Below are positions 35,869 through 48,530 of a DNA stretch of 64,000 nucleotides, piece by piece. The position numbers and the translations under genes were made by a program. The stretch's first letter is position 1; every line of letters starts with the position of its first letter. This DNA is from Scyliorhinus canicula (taxonomy: Eukaryota), in the NCBI RefSeq assembly GCF_902713615.1, contig NC_052150.1, positions 86,509,270 through 86,573,269 of the forward strand, written 5' to 3'. The notes below the pieces were generated by a model, which saw only the letters and a list, made by a program, of their open reading frames with translations, was not told where the DNA came from and made no database searches.

Positions 35869-36460
35869 CAGTTAGAAGTCTTACAACACCAGGTTAAAGT
35901 CCAACAGGTTTGTTCTGAATCACTAGCTTTTGGAGCACTGCTCCTTCCTCAGGTGAAAGATGCAAGACAATGCTCTAAGCATTTGCAGGTAATTAAGTGA
36001 GGATTATCTCCAGGTAAACTTCTCCAAGGCGGCCTTCAGGACGCGTGACAATGCAAAATCGCTGAGCAGAAACTTATAGCCAAATTCCGCACACGTGAGT
36101 ACGGCCTCAACCAGGACCTTGGATTCATGTCGTATTACATTCATTCCCCACCATCTGGCCTGGGCTTGCGAAATCCTACCAACTGTCCTGGCTTGAGACA
36201 ATTCACACCTCTTTAACCTGGGGTTACCCCTATCTCTGGATTTATAAAGACATAATTACCTGCAAATGCTCGCATTCAAAGCATTGTCTTGCATCTTTGA
36301 CTTTGTCTATATGTATGTTTCTGGAACATACCTCTTCATTCACCTGAGTAAGGAGCAGTGCTCCGAAAGCTAGTGTTTGAAACAAACCTGTTGGACTTTA
36401 ACATTGTGTTGTAAGACTTCTTACTGTGCTCACCCCAGTCCAACGCCAGCATCTCCACAT
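35869..36460 (+). mobile_element. Penelope-like element 3' fragment (GIY-YIG C-terminus + pLTR) preceded by an inverted pLTR copy
   Basis: LQGGLQDA..CKIAEQKLIAKFRT..GLNQDLGFM; 35869-35998 is an inverted, internally deleted copy of about 36253-36427; 12-bp TSD tttgaatttgaa (35857-35868 / 36461-36472). Confidence 0.88.
36341..36375 (+). ncRNA. Minimal type I hammerhead ribozyme motif of the Penelope pLTR (core mutated)
   Basis: cac-CTGAGTA-a-ggagc-agt-gctcc-GAAA-gcta-gtg; CUGANGA is altered to CUGAGUA. Confidence 0.65.
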
Positions 36461-36559
36461 TTTGAATTTGAAGATGATGGATTCCAAACTCCATTTAGAA
36501 CATTCTTCAACGGTTCTTTAATTTCACACATGAACAGATGGACAGGCAGGTTATGTATG

Positions 36560-39500
36560 TGTTATGTACTCTGAGATAACACAGGCTGCAACTGGATGCA
36601 GCTTTAACCAAAAGATACTCCAGACCTTGAAGTTAGTTCAATCTCATTTATTGAACCAGTAGCACAGTTAGCACAGTTCTCTATGAGTTTGATTCTCTGC
36701 TAACCTAAGTGTGGTTACTCTGCCTGACTGAGCCAGACTAGCTCTTAGCCACGTGCTGGAGGTGTGATACTGTACATACACCCTGACTCACTCTGTCGAT
36801 GTTAGTCAGTGGAAAGAGGCGGAGTGCGAGTGCCTCATGGCTTTTATAGTGAGATACCACCCCTGAGTGTCCTGCCTGCTCATTGGTCATGTCCTGTTCT
36901 CTGTGTTCATTAGCTGCCTGTCTGTGCCCGTCTGTATATCATTATCTGCATGTCTGCATATGATGACATCTCCCTTTTTAAAAATGTTTTGTTGGCACAT
37001 GGGAACGTACTTACATGTGGTGGCATATATTAACATATTTACAAGCGGTGGCATATGTGAACCTGTGAAGACAGCTGTCTAAGGTGAGAAAACAGAACAT
37101 AGCAAACAGAACAAATGTTCATAAGTCCCCTCTCTGAAGCTTGCATCTGATCCTTGTCGACCTGCGGAGAGGTGGTGGTGGGGACGACGGCGCCTTGACA
37201 GGTGGGATGGAAGCCTGACTGGTGGCCTCGTAGTTTGAGGTATCAGGAGGTGGCAAAACAACGGATGGAAACAAAGAAGAAAACGGTTGCGGGCAGACAA
37301 CCTTGCGCAGTTTTGTCGCACAACAGAACCATCAGCCATACATACAACATACGAGCGGGGCGCAGCCTATCGAACAACGTCAGCTGGAGCAGACCAGCCA
37401 CCATCCGGTATCTTGATCCTGCCGGGGTAACACGGGCAAATCGGTGGCATGAGCATCATAGCCCTGCTTTTGCTCGTTTAGGAGCTGCTGCACCTTCTGC
37501 AGCACCGGGAGGTGATCCAGGTTGGGCAAGTGTATGTCTGGAAGTATCGTCCGCAGGTCCCTGTTCATCAGGAGTTGAGCCGGCGACATGCCAGTGGACA
37601 GTGGGGTCGCCCTGTACGCAAGCAGCGCGAGGTAGATGGCAGAAGCAGAATCCGCGGCCTTGCAGACGAGCTGTTGCACAATGTGCACCCCTTTTTCAAC
37701 TTTCCCACTGGACTGCGGATAGTGTGGGCTGGGAAGTGACATGTTTAAAATGGTATGACTTGGCAAACATAGACCATTCATGACTGTTGAAGCACGGGCC
37801 ATTGTCACTCATGACAGTGAGTGGGATACCATGCCTGGAGAACGTCTCCTTACAGGCCTTTATGATGGTCCGAGATGTGAGGTCTGAGAGCTTCATGACT
37901 TCAGGGTAGTTGGAGAAATAGTCAATAATCAACACATAGTCACAACCATTCGTACGAAAGAGGTCGATGCCAACCTTGGATCACGGGGAGGTCTCGATTT
38001 CATGCTTCTGGAGCGTCTCCTTGCTCTGCTCTGGCTGGAAGCGTTGACAGGTCGCACAGTTGAGGACCATGTTCGAGATGTCCTGGCTAATACCGGGCTA
38101 GTTGACAGCCTGCCTGGCTCTGCGTCGGCACTTCTCGAGGCCCTGGTGTCCCTCATGAATTTGGCGGAGCACCAAGCTCTGAGACTGAGTGGAATGACAA
38201 TCCGGTCCAGCTTGAGGAGGATACCATCAATCACCATCAGGTTGTCCTTTACATTGTAAAATTGAGGGCACTGCCCTTTCTTCCAGCCATTGACGAGGTG
38301 GTGCATGACACGCTGCAAGAAGGGATCTTTGGCTGGCTCCTCGCGGATACGAACCACCTTCTCATCAGACGCCGGGAGGGTGCTAGCACACAGCTGCACC
38401 TGTAATTCAATCTGCCGGATGATTTCCAGCGATTCACTAGGCAAGATGGTGGAGCGGGACAATGCATCAGCGACGATGAGCTCCTAGCCAGGCGTGTACA
38501 CTAAGTCAAAGTCGTACCTTCTGAGTTTGAGGAGGATGCGCTGCAACCGAGGCGTCATGCTGTTTAGGTCCTTGTGGATAATGTGAACCAGAGGCCTATG
38601 ATCCGTCTCGACAGTGAATGTCGGCAGGCCATAGACATAGTCGTGAAACTTGAGAATGCCAGTGAGAAGACCCAGGCATTCCTTCTCTATTTGCGCATAC
38701 CTTGTTTCGGTTGGCATCATGGCCCTCGATGCGTAGGCTACCAGTGCCCAGGATGAAGTGTCATTGCGTTGAAGCAGTACCGCACCGATGTCATCCTGGC
38801 TCGCATCTGTTGAGTTCTTTGTCTCCCTGTCTGGGTCAAAAAATGCCAAGGCAGGTGCAGTGGTGAGCTTGGCTTTCAGCTCCAACCACTCTGCCTGATG
38901 TGCTGTGTTCCACTCAAAGGCAGTGGACTTTTTCACCAGGTTTCGTAGGGGCGTGGTGTGTGAGACCATGTTTGGGATGAACTTGCCCAGAAAATTGACC
39001 ATGCCCGGAAGCACAACACCGCCTTCTTGTCTTCAGGGACCTTCATGGCTTCGATGGCCTTGACCTTGTCTGCGTCCGGGCGCACGCCTGCTGAGAGATC
39101 TGGTCACCTAGGAACTTGGTGGTGGTGCAGACCTGCACAAGGCTGCATAGTGTCCAGGCTTCCCGCAGTTTAAACATTGCCTGCCTCTTGCAGGGCAGTG
39201 TCTCTTTAAGTTGGCGTTGCCGCAGTTCGAGCATGTCATGACATCGGCGTCCTGACGCTCCGCGCATCGTCGCACAAGCGCAGTGCGGGTGTCGGTCGCT
39301 TTGTTATCCCGTTCGCCTCGCGCATGCGTGGAGCCGCGGGAAAAGCGCGTGAAATGGCCGCTTTCATCAATGCTGAGGCGCTGCATCCGGGAGATGGCCT
39401 GCATACTCTCTGCCTCGTGGGAGGCAAGTTGCTCATTTTCAGCCGCTTTGTACTGGGCATAGCGATTTTGGCATGCTCATGCACTGTGCATGTTTCAATG

Positions 39501-40272
39501 GCAGGGTCATATGCTTGATTTTCATAGCTTCTCTCTGAGGATCAGAGTGAACTCCAAAAACGATTTGGTCTCTGATCGTGGAGTCAGCAATATCACCAAA
39601 GTTGCAGGACAGCGCGAGCAGGTGGAGGTTAGTTAAGGAGTTGAAAGATTCATCTTTACCTTGTAGACGCTGTTTGAATATGTAGCGCTCGAAGATTTCA
39701 TTGGTGTCCACTTCACTGTCACTATCAAACTTGTCCAGGATGGTCTGAAACTTTGTCTTGTCGTGGTCTTCGGTGAAGTGAAAAGAGTTGAAGAGTTCGA
39801 TGGCTTGATCACCCGCTGTTGAGAGGAGAAGCACAATCTTCCCTGCATCAGACACACCCATGAGAGACACACACCTGGGAGAACATAGGCTGCAACTGTA
39901 TGCAGCTTTAACCAAAAGATACTCCAGACCTTGAAGTTAGTTCAATCTGATTTACTGAACCAGTAGCACAGTTAGCACAGTTCTCTATGAGTTCGACTCT
40001 CTGCTAACCCAAGTGTGGTTACTGTGTCTGACTGAACCAGACTAGCTCTTAGCCACGTGCTGGAGGTGTGATACTGTACATACACCCTGACTCACTCTGT
40101 AGATGTTCATCAGTCGAAAGAGGTGGAGTTTGAGTGCCTCATGCCTTTTATAATGAGATACCACCCCTGAGTGTCCTGCCTGCTCATTGGTCATGTCCTG
40201 TTCTCCGTGTTCATTAGCTGCCTGCCTGTGCCTGTCTGTATATCATTATCTGCATGTCTGCACATCATGACA
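36560..40272 (-). mobile_element. Two-LTR Gypsy retrotransposon, internally deleted
   Basis: Direct repeats 36560-36968 and about 39874-40272; PPT aaaaagggaga next to the 3' LTR; gag (IRDQIVFG, CLNCGKPGHYAALC) fused at about 39120 to RT end/RNase H (GMVNFLGKFIPN, TDAS, YAQIEKE) and integrase (IIDYFS, SDNGPCF, PQSSGKVEK); protease, most of RT and the PBS are absent. Confidence 0.94.
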
Positions 40273-40957
40273 GCAGGGAGAACAGTTGAGTAGGATCCTC
40301 AGTTGGATCACAGATATCATAAAGTCTGCTCTAAGCAGATTAGATGAGCCCAAATAGCAAATGAATAGCCAAGCCTTTTTTTTAACCTTGGAGGATCTTT
40401 TCTTGATGATAGATGTGTGAACAGTGTTAATACCTGGCTTAGTGGTAGGGTGGGATAATGGGTGGCTATCGTACATCGAACTGAACATAATGCCATACCA
40501 CATGACAATCACGCACCGATAATCCTGTGATCCCTTGAATCAATGCTTCCCTTTAGGTAAAAAGCATTTCAGACAAGAAGTAGGGGAATGTCCAGTAGAT
40601 CAACCATTGTGTGAACTAATGAAAGTTGAATGCTATTTGAAATCTTTGGGAGCGGAGAATTCTCCTGTGGCAGCTAGTGACTCTGCAGTGTTCATTCACA
40701 TGAACATCAGTTTTGATATTTTGACAGTTGTTGTTGATTTTCAGAAGGATTGGAACAGTTGAGAGTGTGATAATTAAATTGTTAATGAAGGGCAACACAC
40801 TTTGTTCAGGTTCAGTTCTCTGAAATTAATTTTGATTACAGACGCCTGTTGCACCCTACCCTGTCCCATCCCCTCAATTCAGAGCCACCCTCTTCCTCAC
40901 CATTCTCTCTGTCGTCTACTTAATCGTGTGTTGGTTTTGTTGCAGAGATAGAGGAGA

Positions 40958-41672
40958 AGGTGGTGTTGTGGTAATGTCACTGGACTAATAATCAAGCGAA
41001 CCAGGGTAATATACTGGGGACACAGGTTCAAATCTCACCAAGGCAGCTGGTGGAGTTTAAATTCAGTTCATTAAATATGAAATATGAAGCTAGTCTCAGT
41101 AATAGTAACCATAACAATGAGCGTAGATTGCTGTAAAACGCCATCTCGTTCACTAGAACATAGAACATACAGTGCAGAAGGAGGCCATTTGGCCCGTCGA
41201 GTTTGCACCGACGCACTTAATTCCTCACTTCCACCCTAATCCATCCTAACCTTTGGACACTAAGGGCAATTTATCATGGCCAATCCACCTAACCTGCACG
41301 TCTTTGGACTGTGGGAGGAAACCGGAGTACCCGGAGGAAACCCACGCAGACACAGGGAGAACATGCAGACGCCACACAGACAGTGACCCAGCAGGGAATC
41401 GAACCTGGGACCCTGGCACTGTGAAGCCATAGTGCTAGCCACTGTGCTACCCTGTTGCCCCAACTAATACCTCTTAGGAAAGGAAATCTGCCTTCCTTAC
41501 CTGATCTGGCCTACATGTGACTCCAGACCCATGGCAATGTGGTTGACCCTTAACTGCTCTCTGAAAATAGCCTGGAAATGGCCCAGCAAAGCCACTTAGT
41601 TAAAGGGCAACCAAGGATGAGAAATAAATGCTGGCCTTGCCAATGATGCCCACATCCTATGAAGAAAAAAAG
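40958..41672 (+). mobile_element. Older tRNA-derived SINE split by a younger SINE
   Basis: Head gtggtgttgtggtaatgtcactggact..ggttcaaatc; tail aataaatgctggccttgccaatgatgcccacatcc shared with the LINE end at 56530-56583. Confidence 0.8.
41155..41460 (-). mobile_element. HE1-like SINE (nested)
   Basis: Standard head, core and tail. Confidence 0.9.
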
Positions 41673-42586
41673 AACTGAATTGCAGGAAGGCATCGGGCCT
41701 GTCCAGCCATCTCTGAATCATTGTTTGACCACCCAAATTGTTTGCTCCACTTGACCCACAAGGGTGTAGCTGAGTGGGCTTCCTGGGAGAAATCCAGTAT
41801 GCAGGGAAAAGCCATCTCCAAACATCCAAATTTCAATTTGTTCTTCAGAGCAACCCCAAGAGTGGGGTATTGGATGAATAAAGCAATGTAAAAGCAGCAT
41901 GGACGTTGTCAGAAATACAGGAATAGATCTGCATGATGCACTGCTGGCCGTCGCACTCCCGTTGCAGAATCATAGCAAATCAGGAAGGTAGTCATACTGT
42001 GTGGAGGAGCCTACGGGTCGCTGTGCGTGTGGTCAATGGTACCCTGAAACTGTGAGATTCCTGGAATTTGTACAAGTGTAATCCTCTGCTTGCAGATGGT
42101 GAAAGTGATTTATGTAATACAGAAGCAACCAGTGACCTGTTCAGCACAATACTGGTATAGTTGATATCCCTGAGAGCAGCTTAGAATGAGTTGCATTAGA
42201 ATGAGTGTAATGACCTTGACTGCAACCGATAATACTGTATTAGTTGGCTGCAGGAAGTCACACCTTCTATCATTGTCCCCTTACAGAATCACAGTCTTCT
42301 AATGCCGTGTTCCTCTGTGGGCAACTGCAGCTCAATTTGCTGTTTTCCCTTCTTCCCAATGGAGAATTCGTGGAAGGATCCCTGTCAATTGGGTTGCCGG
42401 AAGTCCCTTATCAATTCACTACCTACATTGCTGATTATAAGCATTTTAATTTTTTCGAAGTCAAAACACCACAGGCAAGAAAAATGTCAAAAACTCTTCA
42501 CAACTGTACCTATAAGAATCTCGTCAAATATTCCAAAAGCAAAATGCCTTCAAAGCTGGAAATTTGAAATAAAAGCAGAAACTGCC

Positions 42587-42892
42587 TGTTGGAACCAACA
42601 ATTCTACGGACACGTGCTTGTAGGATTAGACTAGCGGTTTTAATATACTTACAACAGAGCCAGCCTGTTAGCCGTTGAACTTTCGGTGAACTGGCCGGCT
42701 GACCCTGTGGCACTGATCTTTATACAGCAGCTCCCGGGGGAGGAGTCCTGGGCGGAGCCAAGGGAGAAGCCCAGTACAACTCTCGAGCAGTCCCAGAGCT
42801 ACTCCCCCTGGTGGTCAGGTAGTGCAACTGCACTTACAATATAGACACATATATATACAGATTATAATCCAGTGTGAATCACATTCACCACA
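42587..42892. mobile_element. Solo LTR, 306 bp, inserted in a short Penelope-like terminal fragment (about 42567-42975)
   Basis: tgttgg...accaca; perfect 5-bp TSD ctgcc; the right flank has a degenerate CTGATGA motif on the minus strand. Confidence 0.85.
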
Positions 42893-44165
42893 CTGCCGGA
42901 AGTAGTCAGCATGCAGGCAGTATCTGGAGAGATAAACAGAGTCAACCTCTCAGGTTGACGATATTCATCAGAAGGCTCTAAACAAACAGTTCCATAACTG
43001 TGGGTTGTAGCCCAAGTTGGTGTCACAGTAACAGCAAATGGGGCTGCAAGTTCCCCCTCCTCCAAGACTGTATCCTGCACGGGCTGCGCCCAGCCCGACC
43101 CTTGCCCTGCTTGTTTCATGGTTGTCTGCCTATGAGCTATGGCTTCCTGCCCATGGCCGCTTCACTCAGCCTCAAAGCCAGGCCACAGCCATGAACTTAG
43201 CAGTGATGCCTCCACTGTTGAACTGTGGCCTGTCTGAGTCCAGTCCATCAGCTTGACTCAGCGGAATGACCAAGACTCTCACATCAGTCACCTCGACCCT
43301 CAACTTGTGCTTCCACTGTTTCCTGGCGAAGGCCTATGAGCTCAGCTCAAGTGAAATAATAGACTGGCGAGTACATAAATAATAATATTTTTAGGCTGTA
43401 CTTTAAAAACCACAGGTTTTCATTTTGACACAATGTTATATTGGAACTTAAATAATTATACATTGAACGTTATTACGCTGCTTTATTGTTTTGTTGGTGT
43501 TTGGGCTCACATTAATTTTCAAGTGTTAAAATGAGGTCTTATTAGAAAATAGTTTGGAAAGCATGCTTGAAAGTTTGAAATGGTGACCTCAGAACTTGTG
43601 ATTGCCAGTGATTAAGGTCACGAGGTCACAAAATGACATTACTTGGCCATGATTTGAATGTATTGATGAGGAACCTGCCTGCTTCACACAGTAATTTCAC
43701 AGTAACTTCACCGCAGTGTTAAGGTAAGCCGACTTGTGACACTAATAAAGATTATTATTAAAACTCCAGTCATCAGGATTAATATCTGCAGAACGTCAGA
43801 CCATCTGTAAAAGCAGTGGCACATGGGAGGGACATGAATGTTATATTTTGTCCGCTAAACCATTATCTTTTAGGTTAAACAAGCGGTAATGAGACAAAAA
43901 TCAAAACCAGCATCTTCAGGACATGGGTCAGGGACAACATTGGTGACAACAATAATGTAAGCAGTTAGGTGCGATCTGGCATGTCCATGAGGAAAAGTAA
44001 TTATTTCAAATCAAGAGATATAATGACAAGGGATATTTTATTATTTCCTTCATTGTTCTTTTGGGCTACCCATATCCATCTCACAGTAGGGCATAAGATC
44101 AAAGTCTACATGTGAACATTTTGCAACATTGGTTACTAAGCTAATATCCAGCGAAACATCTAGAA

Positions 44166-44509
44166 CAGGGGTGGGCAAACTACGGCCCGCCAAAGGTCTT
44201 CATGCGGCCCATCAAGTCATAAAAAAAAAAAATTTTAATTTTTTTTAAAAATGTTTTTTAAGGTTAATGGGGGGGGGGCTGTTGGGTTACTTACTGGTAT
44301 AGGGTGGATACGTTGACTTGAGTAGGGTGATCATTGCTCGGCACAACATCGAGGGCCGAAGGGCCTGTTCTGTGCTGTACTGTTCTATGTTCTATATGAG
44401 GCGCCCAGAATCATAAACGGGTGAAGTAATTATTTTACTTAATATACTATGCGGCCCTTTAAAATTGTGAATTTCTGAATGTGGCCCTTGCATGGAAAAG
44501 TTTGCCCTG
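44166..44509 (+). mobile_element. hAT MITE with SINE fragment, copy 2
   Basis: Left TIR caggggtgggcaaact; right TIR with a small deletion; 8-bp TSD atctagaa. Confidence 0.93.
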
Positions 44510-44520
44510 ATCTAGAATAA

Positions 44521-44869
44521 TCATAGAATTTACAGTGCAGAAGGAGGCCATTCGGCCCATCGAGTCTGCACCAGCTCTTGGAAAGAGCACCCGACCCAAG
44601 CCCACACCTCCACCCTATCCCCATAACCCAGTAACCCCACCCAACACAAAGGGCAATTTTTGGACACTAAGGGCAACTTAGCATGGCCAATCCACCTAAC
44701 CCGCACATCTTTGGACTGTGGGAGGAAACCGGAGCACCCGGGAGGAAACCTACGCACACACGGGGAGAACGCGCAGACTCCACACAGACAGTGATCCAAG
44801 CTCGGAATCGAACCTGGGACCCTGGAGCTGTGAAGCAATTGTGCTATCCACAATGCTACCGTGCTGCCC
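44521..44869 (-). mobile_element. HE1-like SINE
   Basis: Standard head, core and tail; close to 55140-55486. Confidence 0.92.
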
Positions 44870-44974
44870 TTAATTAAATTACCTACACAATTTTATTACG
44901 AAACAATTGAGCTACTGTTCGATAAATTATACTGACATATTATAATGGGAAAATGCTGGAAAATATTCTGAGTC

Positions 44975-45370
44975 ATGAGGTTCCAGGTTCAAATCCCACT
45001 CCGGGGCTTGACCACAAAAATCTACATTCCAGTGCAGTGTTGATAAGAATGCTGTCAGAGGTGCTGTCTTTCAGCTGACAGGTTAAACCAAGGCCTCCAC
45101 CTGCCTGCTCGGGTAGATATTTAAAAAATCCCATGGCATTATTTAAAAGAGCAAGGTAACCCTGGTGTCCTGGGAAATATTTATCCCTCAATCAACATTA
45201 CAAAAACAGATGATTTGACCATCCTTGCATTGCTGCTAGTGAGAGTTTTCTGTACTCAATTTGCCTCATTTCCTATGTAACAACATTAACTAAAATAGCT
45301 ACATTGGCTGTAAAGTGCTTTAAGATGCCCAGTGGTTGTGAAAAATATTATCAAATGCAAGTCTTCTTTA
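44975..45370 (+). mobile_element. Old Deu-domain SINE (SacSINE1-like)
   Basis: B-box ggttcaaatccc; central atcccatggcattattt..gagca..ccctggtgtcctgg.aaatatttatccctcaa; tail tgtaaagtgcttt..aaatgcaagtctt. Confidence 0.7.
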
Positions 45371-46302
45371 TATATTTTTTTTGTATTTATATTTGAAATT
45401 GATTACTAGTCTTTAAAAATATAAGTTACTAATGCTTTATTTTCTGTTCATTTGTTTTGGAAATAACATTACAACTATGTTGCAGCTTTTAAAAGCAAAC
45501 CATTTATAAACTTTATAGATGGCACAAAAGTTCAAATCCATTCTGAACTGGAAAGATCATGTGCAAATAAAAACATATTGTGTTGCAAAGAGGCCTTCAA
45601 TATCCAGATTGTCAATGTTTATTGCCCAATGAATAGCCATCATTTCTTACCCCTGGCTGGAGTGTACCAATTCTCCCCTCAGATTATTGCATTCCAGGCA
45701 GGCCTGACCACCAGTCCAGCTCAAACTCTAAATCACACACCATAGGGCCTTGTGATGAACAAAGAAATAAAGAGTAATGAAAATTGAAGGGAACCAATCA
45801 AAATTTAAAACCCAATTAAAATGTAGAATCTATTATACAATGTAACAGACAAATATAGAACTGCACCTAACCTGGCCGTATTTAGCTTCTGAAAGGGAGG
45901 ATTTTAATAAAGTTTCTAAAAATGTGATCATACATCTTAAAACTGCAGGTAATTCATTTTCCATCTTAGATTCTTGAGAGCAGAAGGAAGATTTAGGAAG
46001 TTCTTTCTTAATTGCAGGCAGTAAACATCCAGATTTTGTCGACACTCTTGTGAATGCTGTGAGGTTCTACCACTTTAAGCATTTTGTTTTTCAAATTATC
46101 TGGTGCAGCGTCATTTAAACGTTAATGAAACAAAATTGATATTTTACCATGTAATTAAACAATGCTATTTGTAATTGTTTTTAAAATACAAAATGATAGG
46201 AAATTACATATAAATTAAGCAGCATCTTACATCCCTGTAGAATTGTACTATTTCATTCATTAAACCCCAATGGGGTTTCTCCTGACCTCATGCTGGATCT
46301 TT

Positions 46303-46853
46303 GGTGAGCACAGTAAGAAGTCTTACAACACCAGGTTTAGGTCCAACAAGTTTGTTTCAGATCACTACATTTCGGAGCACTGCTCCTTCCTCAGGTGAAT
46401 GAAGATGTAGGTTCCAGAAACATATATATAAACAAAGTCAAAGATGCAAGACAATGCTTTGAATGCGAGCATTTGCAGGTAATTAAGTCTTTATAGATCC
46501 AGAGAGGTGGATTATCCCAGGTTAAAGAGGTGTGAATTGTCTCAAGCCAGGACAGTTGTTAGGATTTTGCAAGCCCAGGTCAGATGGTGGTGGGGGGGGG
46601 GGGGGGGGGGGGGGGGTGAATGTAGTGTGACATGAATCTAAGGTCCCGGTTGAGGCCGTACTCGTGTGCGGAACTTAGCTATACGTTTCTGTTCGGCGAT
46701 TCTACATTGTCGCGCGTCCTGAAGGCCGCCTTGGAGACCGCTTACCCGGAGATCAGGGGCTGAATGCCCTTGACTGCTGATGTGTTCCCCAGCTGGAAGG
46801 GAACATTCCTGCCTGGCGATTGTCGCACGATGTACGTTCATCCGTTGTCGCAG
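46303..46853 (-). mobile_element. Penelope-like 3' fragment with hammerhead motif (46363-46397)
   Basis: ORF 46638-46892 LRQRMNVHRATIARQECSLPAGEH..LQGGLQD..AEQK.IAKFRT; homologous to 36005-36435. Confidence 0.88.
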
Positions 46854-46863
46854 ATGGGTAACA

Positions 46864-47069
46864 TGAAGACGACGTTTATTTATAACACACACTATATATA
46901 AAGGGGTCTGGTCAGACTTTACCAGGCCTCTCTCTGTCGGTCGGTTCCTATCTGACCGACCTTATGTACATATGGTAATAGCCCCATAGTTAGTGGGAGA
47001 GCTCATTCTCCTCGAGCCACACAGGGAAAATAATCAAGCCTGCCCAGTGTGCTCCGTGAGGTTATTACA
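46864..47069. repeat. LTR-like repeat with a second partial copy at 47631-47757
   Basis: Shared tgaagacg..tttatttataa..aaaggggtctgg..ctctctctgtcggtcggttcctatctga; the first copy ends ttattaca; the second has an expanded (TA)n. Confidence 0.65.
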
Positions 47070-47653
47070 ATATCAGAACAATCAACACAGAATCAGCCAA
47101 ACCAGTGCAAATAATCAGGGAATTTTAAATGTGTGAATTACAACCTCAACGACTCAAAAGGGAACAACTGAAACTGTCCAGTCTCATGACTACATGTTAT
47201 TCTGAGAGATTTTTAAAATTTTACATTGTATTTTTCTTACTTTCCATTTTGGCTCCTTTCTCGTGTTATTAAAAGTCTCAATTCAAGAACAAAATATTGG
47301 CAGCATTACACTGAAGAGGTGACTGGGGCTATATTTCAGCACACATTCACCTTCTTCCAATTAACAGTGACGAGTAACCATAATACTAAATAATGTTTTT
47401 ACCTTTCCGCATTCACTCAGATTCGTGGCGACCTGTTGAGGGCGCAGTGCTCTTTGTATCTTCCATATTCAGCAATTTGCAGCAAAAAATAATCATCAAC
47501 ATGAAACAGGCGAGGGCAAAGCAGCTGCCATTTGCTGGACTGCCACTGCGATGTTGGGGAACATGATTGTTAAATAAAAGCACAGAAATAAAAATGATTG
47601 CTTGTGAAATTCTCTCTGACCTGTTTCATTTGAAGACGTTTATTTATAAGACG

Positions 47654-47689
<36 letters not shown>

Positions 47690-48032
47690 GGGTCTGGGCA
47701 GACTTTGGGGCCCTCTCTCTGTCGGTCGGTTCCTATCTGATCGACCTTATGTACACACAGTGAATTCAAAGTGGGAAAGAAGCTATTTTCTCCTCCAGTT
47801 AGCAACATGCTGCAAAATTGAAGCACTTACAGCGTTGAAATGAGGAATCTCAGAGAGAGTGTGATCGTGTTAATGAGTCATTATAAGAGGAGAAAAACAA
47901 CTGCCTTGAGCTTATACACGAAGCAGTTCCTTTGTTTCAGAGTCTCCACCATTTCTGGAGGCAAATCTCTTGTAATGTGAAATGTACCGTCACCTGCCTA
48001 TTTCTAGATAAATGGTCATAAAACATGGAAAG

Positions 48033-48275
48033 TGGCAGCACGGTGGTGCAGTGGGTTAGCCCTGTAACCTCACGGCGCCGAGGTCCCAGGTTCAATCCCG
48101 GCTCTGGGTCACTGTCCGTGTGGAGTTTGCACATTCTCCCCGTGTTTGCGTGGGTTTCACCCCCACAACCCAAAGATGTGCAGGGTAGGTGGATTGGCCA
48201 CACTAAATTGCCCCTTAATTGGAAAAAATTAATTGGGTATTCTAAATTTTTTTTAAATAAATAAATAAATAAAAA
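48033..48275 (+). mobile_element. HE1-like SINE, short-tail variant, young
   Basis: Full head; 15-bp TSD ataaaacatggaaag (48018-48032 / 48276-48290). Confidence 0.95.
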
Positions 48276-48414
48276 ATAAAACATGGAAAGCAAATGGAAT
48301 TCTCTTACCATTGTTCAGCAGCTAATTTCACAAACTTTTCAACACACAAATAGACATATGCGTATAATATTCTATATATAAATATATATTTTATATGTTC
48401 TATGTAGGGGCAAA

Positions 48415-48530
48415 GTGGGGAAGGCGGGACCTTCATGAATAACCTCAGTTGATACGGAAATTGAACCCGTGCTGTTGGCGTTGCTCCGCATCACGAACCA
48501 GACGTCCACCTAACTGAACTTACCGACCAC
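48415..48530 (-). mobile_element. tRNA-derived SINE head fragment
   Basis: Minus strand ggtcggtaagttcagttagg...gggttcaatttcc. Confidence 0.55.

Noticed and set aside
45833-46060. Open frame with a cag|gttagg donor (minus) or cag|gtaatt (plus)
   Set aside because: No convincing acceptor or homology; the length is compatible with chance.
7343-46616. Long poly-G runs (about 7343, 9912, 16440, 46592)
   Set aside because: They are homopolymer expansions inside repeats; lengths are unreliable in assemblies and there is no evidence of function.
46864-47757. TRIM-like mini LTR element formed by the two direct repeats
   Set aside because: No PBS, PPT or TSD was found, and the second copy is truncated.
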